Source: Glaucostegus cemiculus (taxonomy: Eukaryota). From it: a DNA stretch of 64,000 nt. The notes beneath the pieces were generated by a model. The model had not been told where the DNA came from. It saw only the letters and a list, made by a program, of their open reading frames with translations, and ran no database searches. The DNA lies in assembly GCA_976551045.1 (NCBI GenBank), contig CDPCPM010000143.1, positions 7,688,001 through 7,752,000 of the forward strand, in the 5' to 3' direction. Every line of letters starts with the position of its first letter. Position 1 is the stretch's first letter. Made by a program: the position numbers and the translations under genes. Of the stretch, positions 24,001 to 36,800 are shown piece after piece.

Positions 24001-27000
24001 AAAGCAGGAGGAAGGGGATATTTTGCCTGGCATCCGCAGCTTCATCTCTCAGATAAGCAGAGATGGTAGACACTATCCACGTGGGATGTGAGAGACACCC
24101 TTGTAAAGAGCTGCCTTTTGAAGGCACAATGCAAAGCAAGTGACCTCTGCACTCCAATCATTACTACCAACATGGTAATCAGGCAAGGTATTTAGCTTAC
24201 ACATAATAATCCTTCAGATGCTTTACAGGTTCACCCTGAACAAACAATTGAAGTAATTGAATCTCAGTTTTCAGTGGTTTGCAGCTCAACCTGACATATC
24301 TGTGTTGCTCTATTAAGTAGGGATTCTCATATCTGAAAGAGACAACTGGAGTCACTTCTTGCTAGGGTCTTCTAATGGCAGCCTTGGTAGATCTCCTGGC
24401 CCTCTCTGGTGCACAGGATCTCCAGCCTGTCATGTAACTCATCGACTAGGACTTTCACATTACTTAGAGTGTATCTGGGATCTCGGTCTCCCTTCCTTGC
24501 AGTACTTCATTCCTCCACAGCAGCTACTGCATACATTGCCGGTGTTCCCCCACCATGGGGAATATGTCATTAAGGGCTGACACCCTTTTCAGTCCTATGC
24601 ATAGGAAGTTGTCAGAGATTGAATTGAACAGTGTGGTCTTGATGCAACCATTTCAGTGCATCTTTCAGGAGGCAAATTACCCTAGTGCTGTTTCAAATGT
24701 CTTTCCATCAACTTTATGGCATTTTGCAGTGGACTAGGATTAGTTCAGCACTTAATGCAATGACAGGTTGCTGCATTGAAAGTAGGCGAAATCCAGCATA
24801 TATTGGTAACCCAGAAAATGTCCACAGTTTTGTTACTTTAGTTCTTTTAATTCTACATCCTTACACTCTTGAGTTTCAAGATGCAAAGTCCAGTAAGAGA
24901 ACTATGGCCATCAAACATATACATACTTTCATGGTGTAATGCAAGAACCCTAAAAATTGCACCAGAAAAATATTGTTTGTAACCTCTTCACTTACCTCTG
25001 TCAACGTTAGCCCGTAAAGATGTCAACATGCCTTCTGACACTAAGGTCTTATAAAGGGCACCTTTACACGCTCGTTCCGATTTTCTGGACCCAGAAGCTT
25101 CTGTTTTTTTATTGATTTCCTTGTTTTCACCTTTCACTTCGCTTAGTGCATTATGGGAAAGTAGTTGATCAGTTACAGGAAACGTTTCAGTTTTGATGGG
25201 GCTGGTGGTAATCTTCTCAGGATCAGAAACCTTTGAGTGTTTGTTGAGTTCTGAAACCTTCTCAGCAGGTAATTTTATTGATTTTGGTTTAATTTTTTTC
25301 TTTGGTGGGCTGGAGACAGAGTGTAACTGATTTTCAGTTGACTTTGCTGAGCATCGTCCACTTTTTACTGGACTTCCTGAAGGCTTTTCAGTGCCCCAGT
25401 CACCTTTAGCCACAGCATCTATAGTGTACATTAAGCTATCTATGTCAGACTCTGATGATTTCCGTTTCTTTCCGCTTTTTTTAAATGTCTGTTTATCAAC
25501 TTTGGTAGATTCAAGTTTAACTTTTTTCTTCTTCTTCTTCTTAATTTTTTCACCTTTGTTAAGACTTGTCATAGAATTGTCAGTTAGCAAAGACAATGGT
25601 TTTTCGTTAGCAATCCACTGCCTTGGCTTAGTATCAAAGTCATTCTTTGTACCTATTGCAGAATTAACAGTGGGGACCTCAGGCTTATGTCCATCTTCCA
25701 AGATAACTGTAGAAGACTCGGTCTTCACTCCTTCTGTTACCAACCGGTCCGAACACATCTGAAGCAAATAAAACACAGTGCATTTAAACAGAATTTTCAG
25801 AGGAACATACTAGAATAAGCAAATCTTTCAATTCCTCTTTTAGACAATGGAGGATAGCATGTGATTAAAACTGGCAACTCTGGTTGTCTATATTCTTAGC
25901 ATTTTTATCAAATTTCCACCTGTCCGAGCTAATAAAATAGCTTTTATTCAGATTGCTTATTATAAAACCTAATAAATAAACAAATCAAAATAGAAGATAC
26001 AAATTTGAGTGCAAATATGACTTTTATTCCCCACCCCCAGAACCACCCTCCCCAACCCTCCTCCTCTCCTGATTGTTCACTGTCTGATGGATTAATCATT
26101 AATTTATGGAGACACCATAATCCTGGAAGGTTGGCAAAACTACTTGTAAACAAACAGCAAAGAGGCTGCCAGTAATTCTAATTAACACCATGGTAACAGC
26201 AGTGTATTTTATTAGCACCACTGGAACTATGAAATTTAAGTTTAAAACAATTCATGGCCAAATGTCAAATGGCATCTTCCTGAACTTGGAGGATATGGAA
26301 CTGAGCTCTGAAATGTGTGGTTCACTGTAACAGGAAAAATAATTAATTGCTGGAGTCATTATCAAGTGAAATACCTATTTAAATTCTGAACAGGAAGAAG
26401 AGCAGGGTCTTTATCCTATCATTTGGCTGAGGTTGGACTAAACACATCTCAAGCCCTTGTGATCACAGATGAGTGAGGTCACAAGCTGCCATCCGCAGAT
26501 GATGAAATCTGATGCCTTATTATACTCTATATATTCTAAAACACTTTAAGTCAGCGAGTACCAGGGGAAAAAGTACTGACTGTTTAAAATGCATCAAGTT
26601 TACTTGACTTTGGTAGACGAATTTAATACATTTCAAAGCAATCCAACATACCACTAATTGCAAAGTATTGTGATTTTATTTCAATTTGCTTTTGTACAAT
26701 CAAGAATGTTTGGCTGTCCTTGTCATCAAGAACACATGCATGTTCTCACTTGACCTATGCAGCTGATAAGCTTCAAGGCCAGGAGGTTTATATACTGACA
26801 GTTCTGTTTTATTTTTCTGCAGAACTATTTAACAAGTTATTTTATTCACTATAAACTCATACACTCATTCCATTGGCCAGAGCAAACAGCTCCAGCAGTA
26901 GCTTGTAGAAGTACTGGGACATTTATTGAATTTAGTATTATTCCAATTTCAGATGACATACCTCTGCTAACTGAAACAATGCTGAATTCCCACAAGGCTT

Positions 27001-27836
27001 TGTCGAGTCAGGAACCCCTGGCTGTGCTGTACTGGAGGAAATCTGCATGAAGAAAGAAATGACTTTCAGATTAACTGTCATATCCTTTATTATAATAATT
27101 ACATTTCTGGGGCTGGAAAGAAAGAATTGAGACCAATGTAAAATGTATTTTTTGTTATGAGTATTTGAACATTAGTTCTGACTAAATCCATGCTAAATAT
27201 CGAATATTGTCAGTGAGAACCCTTCATTAAGGGTAGCGTTATTGTCAGTTACCTTAACAGTGACTTCCCAGTTCTACATGGAAAATTTGTAAGCAGTCAA
27301 ATGTTCCTATTTAACACATGCCATCCAGTTAAAGGTGATTACACAAGACTAATACATTCTCTGTACAATACAAAATGGGAAATGAGTGCCAACACTAAAT
27401 TATACATGAATTATTGGAAAAAAAGACACCCATCATCTAATATAACTGAAAGGTGGGGAGAACTATCTCTAACTTAAGATAGTGAAGAATATCTGACACC
27501 AATGTAGAAAAGCTTTATTTGCAGAAATAACTATTTGTACAACAACAGAACATGACTATTGCAATCTGGAACAATTGGCACAAAGGCCATTCCACATTGG
27601 TATCTGCAATTTTGCCTAAATCAATGAACATTGTGTTGGCTAGTAGCAGGTCATCTTTAGTGGAAAATACATACATTGCCCTTTTTGGGAGGATAATCCA
27701 GTTGAAGGGTACACCTAGATTCAAGCACCATTTTTGATTGGTCTCAAATCCCAGGCATTGGGATATTTAAATTGTCAACTAAACTTAAAAAAATCCATAA
27801 AATCTTTGCATGCACATATATATATATGTACACACA

Positions 27837-27881
<45 letters not shown>

Positions 27882-30800
27882 ATATAATAGCTTATAATAT
27901 GTATGTATGTATACACATATAACATATATAAAATACTGATTAGCATTTCTAATAATGACAATAGATCTGCTAATAGATCTGCTACCTATAGTAAGCCAGA
28001 AAACAATGAAGGCCTTGTATGTGGTGGAATAGGAAATAAGTATATGAGAATAGAGAGAGTGTTTCTTAAAGGGAAAAAATGTTAATCTTTCCCCCAGAGA
28101 AGAGCTATATCCTGTGTTAAGTGAAATGATAAATAGTGTGTGATTTCAATAAAATGACCATATTTCAATATAATGGATATGCAACAGGAATCAGGAATGC
28201 AGATGACCGTTGTAAAATATTGTACAATTTACAAGAAATAGCGGTAACCGGTTTATTATCAAGATGATAATTTGCTCAATGAGTTAACCTGTAATAAACA
28301 CTATTCTTCTGTTACCATAAGACAAACCTTCATTTCAAGATTACTAACAACTTTACTTATTTTCATTGTCTTTTAAGTTGTGGGGTTAAAGCAAAACTAA
28401 CACAGCAGCAATGCACATTTAAGTGTAGCAACCTTATTAAACTAGCTCAAGTTCTGAAACCAGTTTTTTGCCCAAGTCCATCCTGTCAACTTACCTCCTT
28501 GGCTGTTAAGGCATGTTCTCCTGCTAAGAGCAGCATGCTGAGTCCTCCCATTTGAGTGGGGTCTATTAGTAATGAAATATATATATATGCATTAGTCATT
28601 CCTGAAATAACCCCATGACACTATCACAAATAACTACAATTTAGACAATTAACTGTTACCCAATTAACAGCTACGAGTTCATCTCCATACTGTCACCTAG
28701 TAAACACAAAATTATTGTTGTATTGTTACAATATACTACCTTGAACAAATATTTTCCTGACTGTTCAGTGGGTAAATGGACTGAAAGTCTGGATCCTGAA
28801 CTACATACATTTTCATCCCATCATTCTTTTAAGAAATATATGAATGATTCAAAAATATAAATAGAAACCTGCAGTGCAGGCACTGTTTTGTAGTAAAAGA
28901 GATGATGCAAATAGATATCTTTATTGGTCACATGTACATGTGTACATGCATAGAGTGTTCTGGGAGCAGCCCACAAGCGTCGCCACTCTTCTGGCGCCAA
29001 CATAGCATGCCCACAACTTCCTAACCCTTACATCTTTAGAACGTGGGAGGAAACCGGAGCACCCAGAGGAAATCCATGCAGTCACAGGGAGAACGTTCAA
29101 ACTCCTTCAGACAGCAACGGAAATTGAACCTGAGTTGCTGGCACTGTAATAGCATTATGCTAATCGCTACACTACTGTGCCTGCAAGACTAGTTATAGCA
29201 TTGCCAGAAAAGAATGGGGGGGTTAAAAAAGCCACACCCAAAGGGGCAGTTATATTGTGGTGGAAATGCTTAGGGTAAATGTGCTCTTTTATGCCCACTA
29301 GATGATAGAAACAAGCACAATGTTCCTCAGACAGCTGTTGGGACAACGTTCTATTGAAAATGGGCAAGTCATCATCATGACTCCCCATTAAGAACCAAAA
29401 GAGCCTAAAATGTAATCCGCATGTGCATGAAACCATCAACGATATCATCCCCTCACTGTCAGACCCTCCGACAATAGCTGGGGTGGGTGGGGGGGGGCAC
29501 GGTTTGTCCTTTTGAGTTACACTGGAGTAGATCTTCACTTTCTAATTAAGGTCTACCCTCGTATTTGAAACTGCATGGTTTCTTAAGCTTCTTTGTGTTC
29601 TAGAATATTTCAATCACAATATCAGCCATACATTGCATGCCAATTAATGTCACTGCTGTCTTCCCAACGGCCTCCCTGCATTTGCATAGAGAACCACACC
29701 ACAATCTCCCACTGTGCATGCAAGTGTAGAGTTGCTGATTGCAATTAGCCACTAGTTTTCACATAAAGTTCTACTCTGTAGGGCATTAAGTCCTAAGCTA
29801 CACAACAGAATTCTAGTCGAGGTGCCAAAGCAAACTTCTGAATTCAGTTTTTATTCCTTCTCCACCCCTTCTTTAAAATTGGCTTCAACATTATGTGCAT
29901 GTCACAAAACTGATTTTCAGTTTGACAAAGAATATTCTCCAGTAATTGTCCAACAATCAGTTATTTCTAGATCAACACCTTGTAAAAAAGACAAGAATTT
30001 ATCAGAGTAGTAAGACTGGGAACAATGAGCTTTAATGATATTTAATGAAATGTAGAATGTGTTGATAAAATGTGGATGCAAATTATGTTGAATTCTTTAA
30101 ATGATTGCTTGAGTCAATTTTGAGTCAGATGGAATTCTAACTTTTAATAATGATCCAGATTTAAATAAATTGTTACTCAAGGTTGATTATGGTTTAGCTC
30201 ACAGATAACAAGGCAGTTACAGAATTTGGGATGCAGTGATTTTAAAGTAACTTTGCATCTCAACAAATACCACCATCTGGATTGTTCATAAAAAGGCTAA
30301 GAAATTCAACTTGCATTTAAATCTAGTGGAATAACCTTCATGGTTGAAACGTAATTCTGATTACCTCATTCCAGGTACTCTCTGAATAGATTTTCATTGA
30401 ACCTGTGAGTTGCAGATGCCAATTCTACATCTCTGTTGGGGCCTTGTCAATATCGAGATCAGGTTAAGTTGGTATAAACTCAGAAAAACTGAATGGAGCA
30501 CAAGCCCATATCATGTCATATTTGGAAGTGGGATGCTATAAAAGATGATTGGACTCTAATCAAGGATCAGGGCACACTGAAGGGAAGAGGAACAACAGCT
30601 AGACAGAAAAGAACTCTAAATGGGACTTATGTTAAAATGGTCATTTCCAACTTGTTAAGCCCTAAAATAATGATAAATGCCTTTGAAACATCAATGAGAT
30701 TATTTACCTGCCATGGCAAAGTTGATTTGTGGCATTTCCTCAGTCTTTACCACCCTTTTGATGATGGGAAAGTCCTTTGTTGGTTCAGTTGGAAATGTCC

Positions 30801-33800
30801 AAAGCTTCTTCCTTGTTGTGACAGTTGGTGACGGACTCTTCAGTGGTTTGTTTGTTGTTGGACACCACTTGTAACCAGGGTTGGCTTTTAGAAAAGCATC
30901 CTTATACTGAGAAAAAGCAACAGTACAATCATTGATAGGAACAATCCAATACCTTATTAAACCCACCACTAGCTTGCTGACACAATCAATTATCCCATGA
31001 ACAGAAAATAATCCTTAATAATCAATGTGACAGAATTTATACACAAGTTTCAAAAAACATAGAAATGAAATGGTTGTTGACCTGCAAGTCTGCTTCTTTC
31101 CCTACAAATGCAGCCTGACTTACTGAACAATTCAAGCATTTACATTTTCATTTCAGTAAACATAATTTTGATTGTATTTGCAGCAACTTAATATGCTTAG
31201 AGGAGTTAAGTGAGCATTTAAGTAATAGAATGTACTGTGTTGACAAGCTTAAGAGAGAGGTATCCTGGTTCCTATGCTCCTTATACAGTTTGTAACAACA
31301 CAAATTGTATATAGTCTGTTTTAAGAAGTTTACAATATGTTGAATGAACTTGCCACTCTTACACACTTAGGTCACTTGTAATAAGGCCCAGGATACATAC
31401 TGTGGTTTCTATATGTCTGTCAATCCAGCATTAAAAGATGTAATGGATAATTAACCTATTCTCACTAGGTTCACTTGTAAACATATGATGATTCACTATA
31501 TTATTATCAAGTTTTGAAAAAAGATCAAGTTCTGTTCTCTAACTACTGACTGTTTCTAAATTGGTGGGAAGCATGAAAACTGAAGAATGGAAGGAGAGTA
31601 AACCATTTTATTTAATTGTTACAATCAGGGGAACATATTTCTATATTTCACTTTGTCAAATGAAGACTCTGAATTCAGAAGTTAGATAAATTAACCCGAA
31701 TTATTTGGCCTAAACAATCCATGCCTCCACTTGAGCCATCACCCATCTTTTCTCATCTAAATCTATCAGCATAAACTCCATCTCTTCTTCCTCACTATTG
31801 TCCAGCATCCCTTGTATGTATTCATACTATTCACTTCAACTATTTACTGCAGTAGTGAGATCCACATTCTCACCACTCTTTCAGTAAAGCCATTTTTAAA
31901 AATTCCCTCTCAGATTTCTTGGTCTCTCTCTCTCTAATTGTGATGCCCTCTGGTTATGCTATTCCATACAAGTGGAAACATCCTCTCTGAATCCACTCTA
32001 ACAAAACCTTTCATAATGTTAAAGACCTCTATTAAGTCACCACTTGGTCTTATTTTCTCAAGGGCAAAAAAACAAGTTTTAAACCCATATTCCTCCCTCC
32101 CTCCGCCCCCCACTACCACTTCACCAATGATCTTGCCTCCAAATGGTCACCATCCCTCTCTGCCTCCCGGCACCATCACCACTTTTGTCCTGCACTTGCC
32201 ACCCACCAACCAACTAGCCAGCCTCTGACTGCTGCACTACCCTAAAATCCTTAAAATTGGTTAAAATTGTAATGGAGCCATGGCATTAACACCAAGATTC
32301 AGGAAACTAAAATTGGATTCTGAAGTAACCAAATCAACAGTTGAACTTGTCATTGTGCCATGGTTTCCTGGTTTCAAAAATAAACTGTTAATAAATTGTT
32401 TATGATGTTAATTGCAGTCAACTTATAAATGTAAGCATGATCTTACATAAAATCAAGGATATCCAGCCTTAAGGTAAGTAAATAGCTGCATGTAGATATC
32501 AAAAAAATAAACGAATCCCTAGAAATGTAACATCCACCAACAGCCTTTTTATAAATAAATCGTGCAATGTTTAAATTTATAAATGCCTGTGCCACCTAAA
32601 TATTTTAGCAGAATGGATTCCCAGAGATTCTGCTGGGTATAATTATGCAATGATACTGTAGCATTTATAAACATTTCAGTCTCATTACTGGTCCCTAATA
32701 AATAAATCACCTTAACACCAGGACACACATACTTGAAACTCAGCATTCCCTCATTAACTGTGAACGGCACTGTTGCAGACATCTGCACACTTTATGTAAA
32801 AATAAAAGTATCAGGAAAGATATAGTAACATGAAGAAGCTTGACCAATCAGCCAATCATCAATAGCACATAAGAGCTTGATATTGCCTGTGATAGAGGAT
32901 GCATTAGTCATCCAGCATGTCATCTTGGAATCGCCTTAATATTTTCCACAAAGCCCATTCCAAGCACTTCCCTGGAGAGCATGAACACACATCACATCTA
33001 AGTAAATAAATGGAAGCTTGTAAATTTAGCAACAATTACTTACCACGCAACTCCTGTTAACAGAAATTCTTGGATATGTGATCACTTCAAACACAAACAG
33101 TTTCAAGAATCGAAGTTACCTCATGATTTCAATAATGTCTACCTGCCTTCTGCATGATGCAAAGACCTGCAATGTATTTCCTGCAGTGCCAAGAAATTTG
33201 AAATTCTAGGTATCCCAGTTTAATACCTTCTTTCAGGCTTATGTTTCACCACCTAGTTAACAATACACACAAACTACCAAAGGCAATGCTAAGACACAAA
33301 GGTGAATTGTTCTGATTTGGAATATCTGAAGTGGTAGAAGCAGATCTAGTAGTAACATTCAAAGGAAAATTAGCTGAATACTTGAAAGGAAAATGGTTAC
33401 AAAGCTACAAGGAAAGAGAAAGCAAATGGGACAAATTGGATTGCTCTAGCAAAAAGCTAGTGAAGGTACAACGGAACCAATGGCGTTTTCTGTGCTGCAT
33501 CATTCCACAATTCTATGAGTAGCAGCATGCAAATTAACAGTGCATGTCATTATAAAACATCACACACCCAGCTACAATAAAATTGCACAAACAGTTTACA
33601 TTCCTATTGGCTTCAAAGTTTTATTAAAGCAAGTACCACACATTTTATTAGTTGTTTTATACTCCCAGTTGATAAGGGAATAAAAATGGCTGGCATCCCT
33701 GTCTGAGGTCAGTTGTTATAGTGAAAATATCACAAACCACTTCATACTCCAAGGTAGATTTATTATAAATTCAGTATAGACCAACTAGAATGCAGTAAAC

Positions 33801-36800
33801 CAAAAGGAAAGGAGCAGTTTTCATTTGGCACAATCCTTACCCTCTTCTTCAGTTGTATGGAACGACTGACAAAGATTGCGGTATTGCTTAAACAATTTCA
33901 TTTGCCTCAATAAAGCTACCTACGTGGGAGCAAGCAGCATAATATAGAAGGTAAAAAAATTGAAACTGAAGATGCTAATAGCCTGAGTCATTTTCGTCTT
34001 AGTCATAAAAGCATATGAAATAGGTGCAGAAAGGAGCCATTTGGCTCCTCATACCTGCTCTCCCATTCAAAAAGATCATAGATGATCTTTTTCCTCAGAA
34101 CCACTTTGCTTCTCTAACCTGGTTGTGGGACAAAATGCAGAATAGAGGTGAACAGCTGTTTCAGATGATAGGCAGGTATACTGTCGTGTTTCTCAGAGAT
34201 TAGCATGGGTCCTTCTGAATACTTCACTCCTTTGATATCTAAAAATCACTCTGTCAAATATAGTCGGCAACTGAGTGTCTACAGCTCTGTTGGGTAGAGA
34301 ATTCTAAAGATTCACAACCCTCTAAGAAATTACTCCTCTTCTCTGAATGGCTGGCTCTTTATTTTAATACATTGTCCTCAGATTCTAAAGAACCCCCTTG
34401 GGAAACATCAACTCCCTGATATGCCCCCTAAGTATTTTGCATGTTTCAATGAGAACATCTCTCATTCTTCTGAACTCTTGAGAGTACAGGCCTGGTCTGC
34501 AAAGTCTCCCCTCACTTGACAAATCGACGATCCCAGGACTCAGTCTTGTCAAACTTTCACCATTGCTTGCATATTCTTCCTAATGTAGGGAGATCCGTAT
34601 ATAATATTCTATAAGCAGTCTAATCAGACTCCTACATAATTGAAACCAAACGTCTCCACTCTCAAACTCATCTTCTTTCAACAAAGGCCAATGTATTGTT
34701 TATTTGTCTAACTGGTTGTTGAGCCCATGCGTTAACTCTCAGTGATTCGTGTACAAAGATAGCTAGGTCCCTCTGAACATCGAAGAGTCTTAAACAAGAG
34801 GACACAGTCACAAGATAAGGGGGCAGTCATTAAGGTTGAGGTGCACAGAAATTTATCCTCGCAGACATTGCTGAACGTCTGAGATTATCTATCCCAAAGG
34901 GTTGAGGAAACTGGAACAATGGAGTGTCTAAAGGGGAAGTGGATCAATTGTGAGGAGTTGGGGCCTGGGTAGATCAGCCACGATTGTATGGAATAGCAGG
35001 CCGGATTGATGGGCCAGGTGGTCAACTCCTGAACCCATGTTCTTGTGTAAAGCATTTATTCATTGATTCATTTCTCATTGCTCTGGACTTTGTGGTCAGT
35101 GCTGAATAACAGTATCAGAGTCCATCAGAAATACTATTGCCAATGACGTTTTAAGAGCTTTTGAAATGACAGTTATGTTATCAGAATTCCAATTTGTTTT
35201 CAAGGGATCTAGAAACTGAGTGAACAGCAACCATTAATTTGCCACTGTAACTAAGATGCATTATCCTATTAAAAATTCACTTGAATGGAAAAGCCTAACC
35301 TTTTCTGGGACTATCTGTCCAAAAACTAGTAGCAAAAGTTCCAAGTTTTGCCCTCCATATATTTCACTGCCTCTCTTGAGAAGGTATCGAAAGAGCAAAG
35401 CTTATGGATGGTGGGGTTAGCAAGACCACTCAGATTTCTGCATATAACTGTACATATGCATTCGTTGTAAGTTTTTCAAACGGATCTAACTGGGGATATA
35501 AAGAGAAATGGCAATTTTCAATTATTGAAGAAATAATGCAATTAAAATGCACATACCTTCTCCTACAAGGGTAGTAATTTTAATATGGAGTACCTCGATT
35601 CAAATGCCACTTGCCTTACGCACAGAATTGAGATTTCACTGTTTACACACAGGTTTCACTGCTTACACACAGGTTTCACTGCTGTACTGCTCACCTCCTT
35701 AGCCAGGTCAGTGTATTTCTGCTTTTCCTTTGGATCTAAAACAGACCACCAGTCTGCCAGGATTTTTGTAGCACCACGGTTGTCTAGACGAGGATGTTGT
35801 TGTCGAACCAGAGAGCGATGGCGTTTGCAAAACAGAAGAAATGCATTCATTGGCCTGCGAGCTCGCTGTTCAGAAGAGTCGTCATCTGTCTCATCTGCTT
35901 CATGTTCAAGACCCTCTGTACTCATCAAAGCATCCTGTAGAAAGCATAATGTAACTGAGAATATTAATATATTTTTACAAGAAAATTAAATGATCTCCAC
36001 TGCAAACATCTTCACTTTCAAACTGAAACCAGATTTGTAGATTTTCAATTTTCCAAGTTATATACCATAACAAAAAATCTCACTTTAAAGAGTAATCCTG
36101 AATGATTTAGCAAAATTAGCTGTTATATGAATGTTTCTTTGCATTTACATAAAATAATTAAATTATTTCCCAAAATTATTCTCTTCTTGCTGTATGTACA
36201 TCGACATGATTGCAATTATTTACGTGTTGATAATTTTAAACAGAATGTCAACTATGTCTCCTCACTATGCAATATATGAAATATTACTGCATATTGATGG
36301 CCATAGGAATAATAATATTTTGCTACATTAATATATTTTAATTTTATAGCCTGCTCTACTAGGGTAAGTTGAAGTGGATCCTCTGGAAACACCAAAATGA
36401 AAAAGACAGTTCTGATTATGGGATTCACAAATCGGCAGTGTTTGTGTAACACAACCCATGCCTATAGGCTTACATTAGGTATCTGCATTAGACTCCATAT
36501 CAGAAGGCAAGTGGCACCTAACCCCTCCACCAGTGGCCATGAGGTAGTGTCATACAATCTTTTATGTCATTTGGTGTTATGTACCAGAACACAAGTAATA
36601 CATAATATACCTTTAAATCCATTTTTTCCTGAGCTTAATGAGCCACAGCAATGGGAATAATATTCTCACAATTTAAAAAGGCCACAAAGTAAAAAGCATG
36701 CCCCACTATTCCAGACTGCGGTACAACTGGAATAGATTATCTGCCCAGTTGATTGCAGCTTGGTGTAAAAGGACATAATGGAGGCAGAAATGAGAGTGGG

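Noticed and set aside
25391-25762. 123-aa plus-strand ORF (and similar ones at 35585, 30493, 19167, 14495)
   Set aside because: Antisense shadows of BBX exons with no independent coding signal.
32844-32856. Double CCAAT box
   Set aside because: Only 8 bp apart, mid-intron, with no promoter context.
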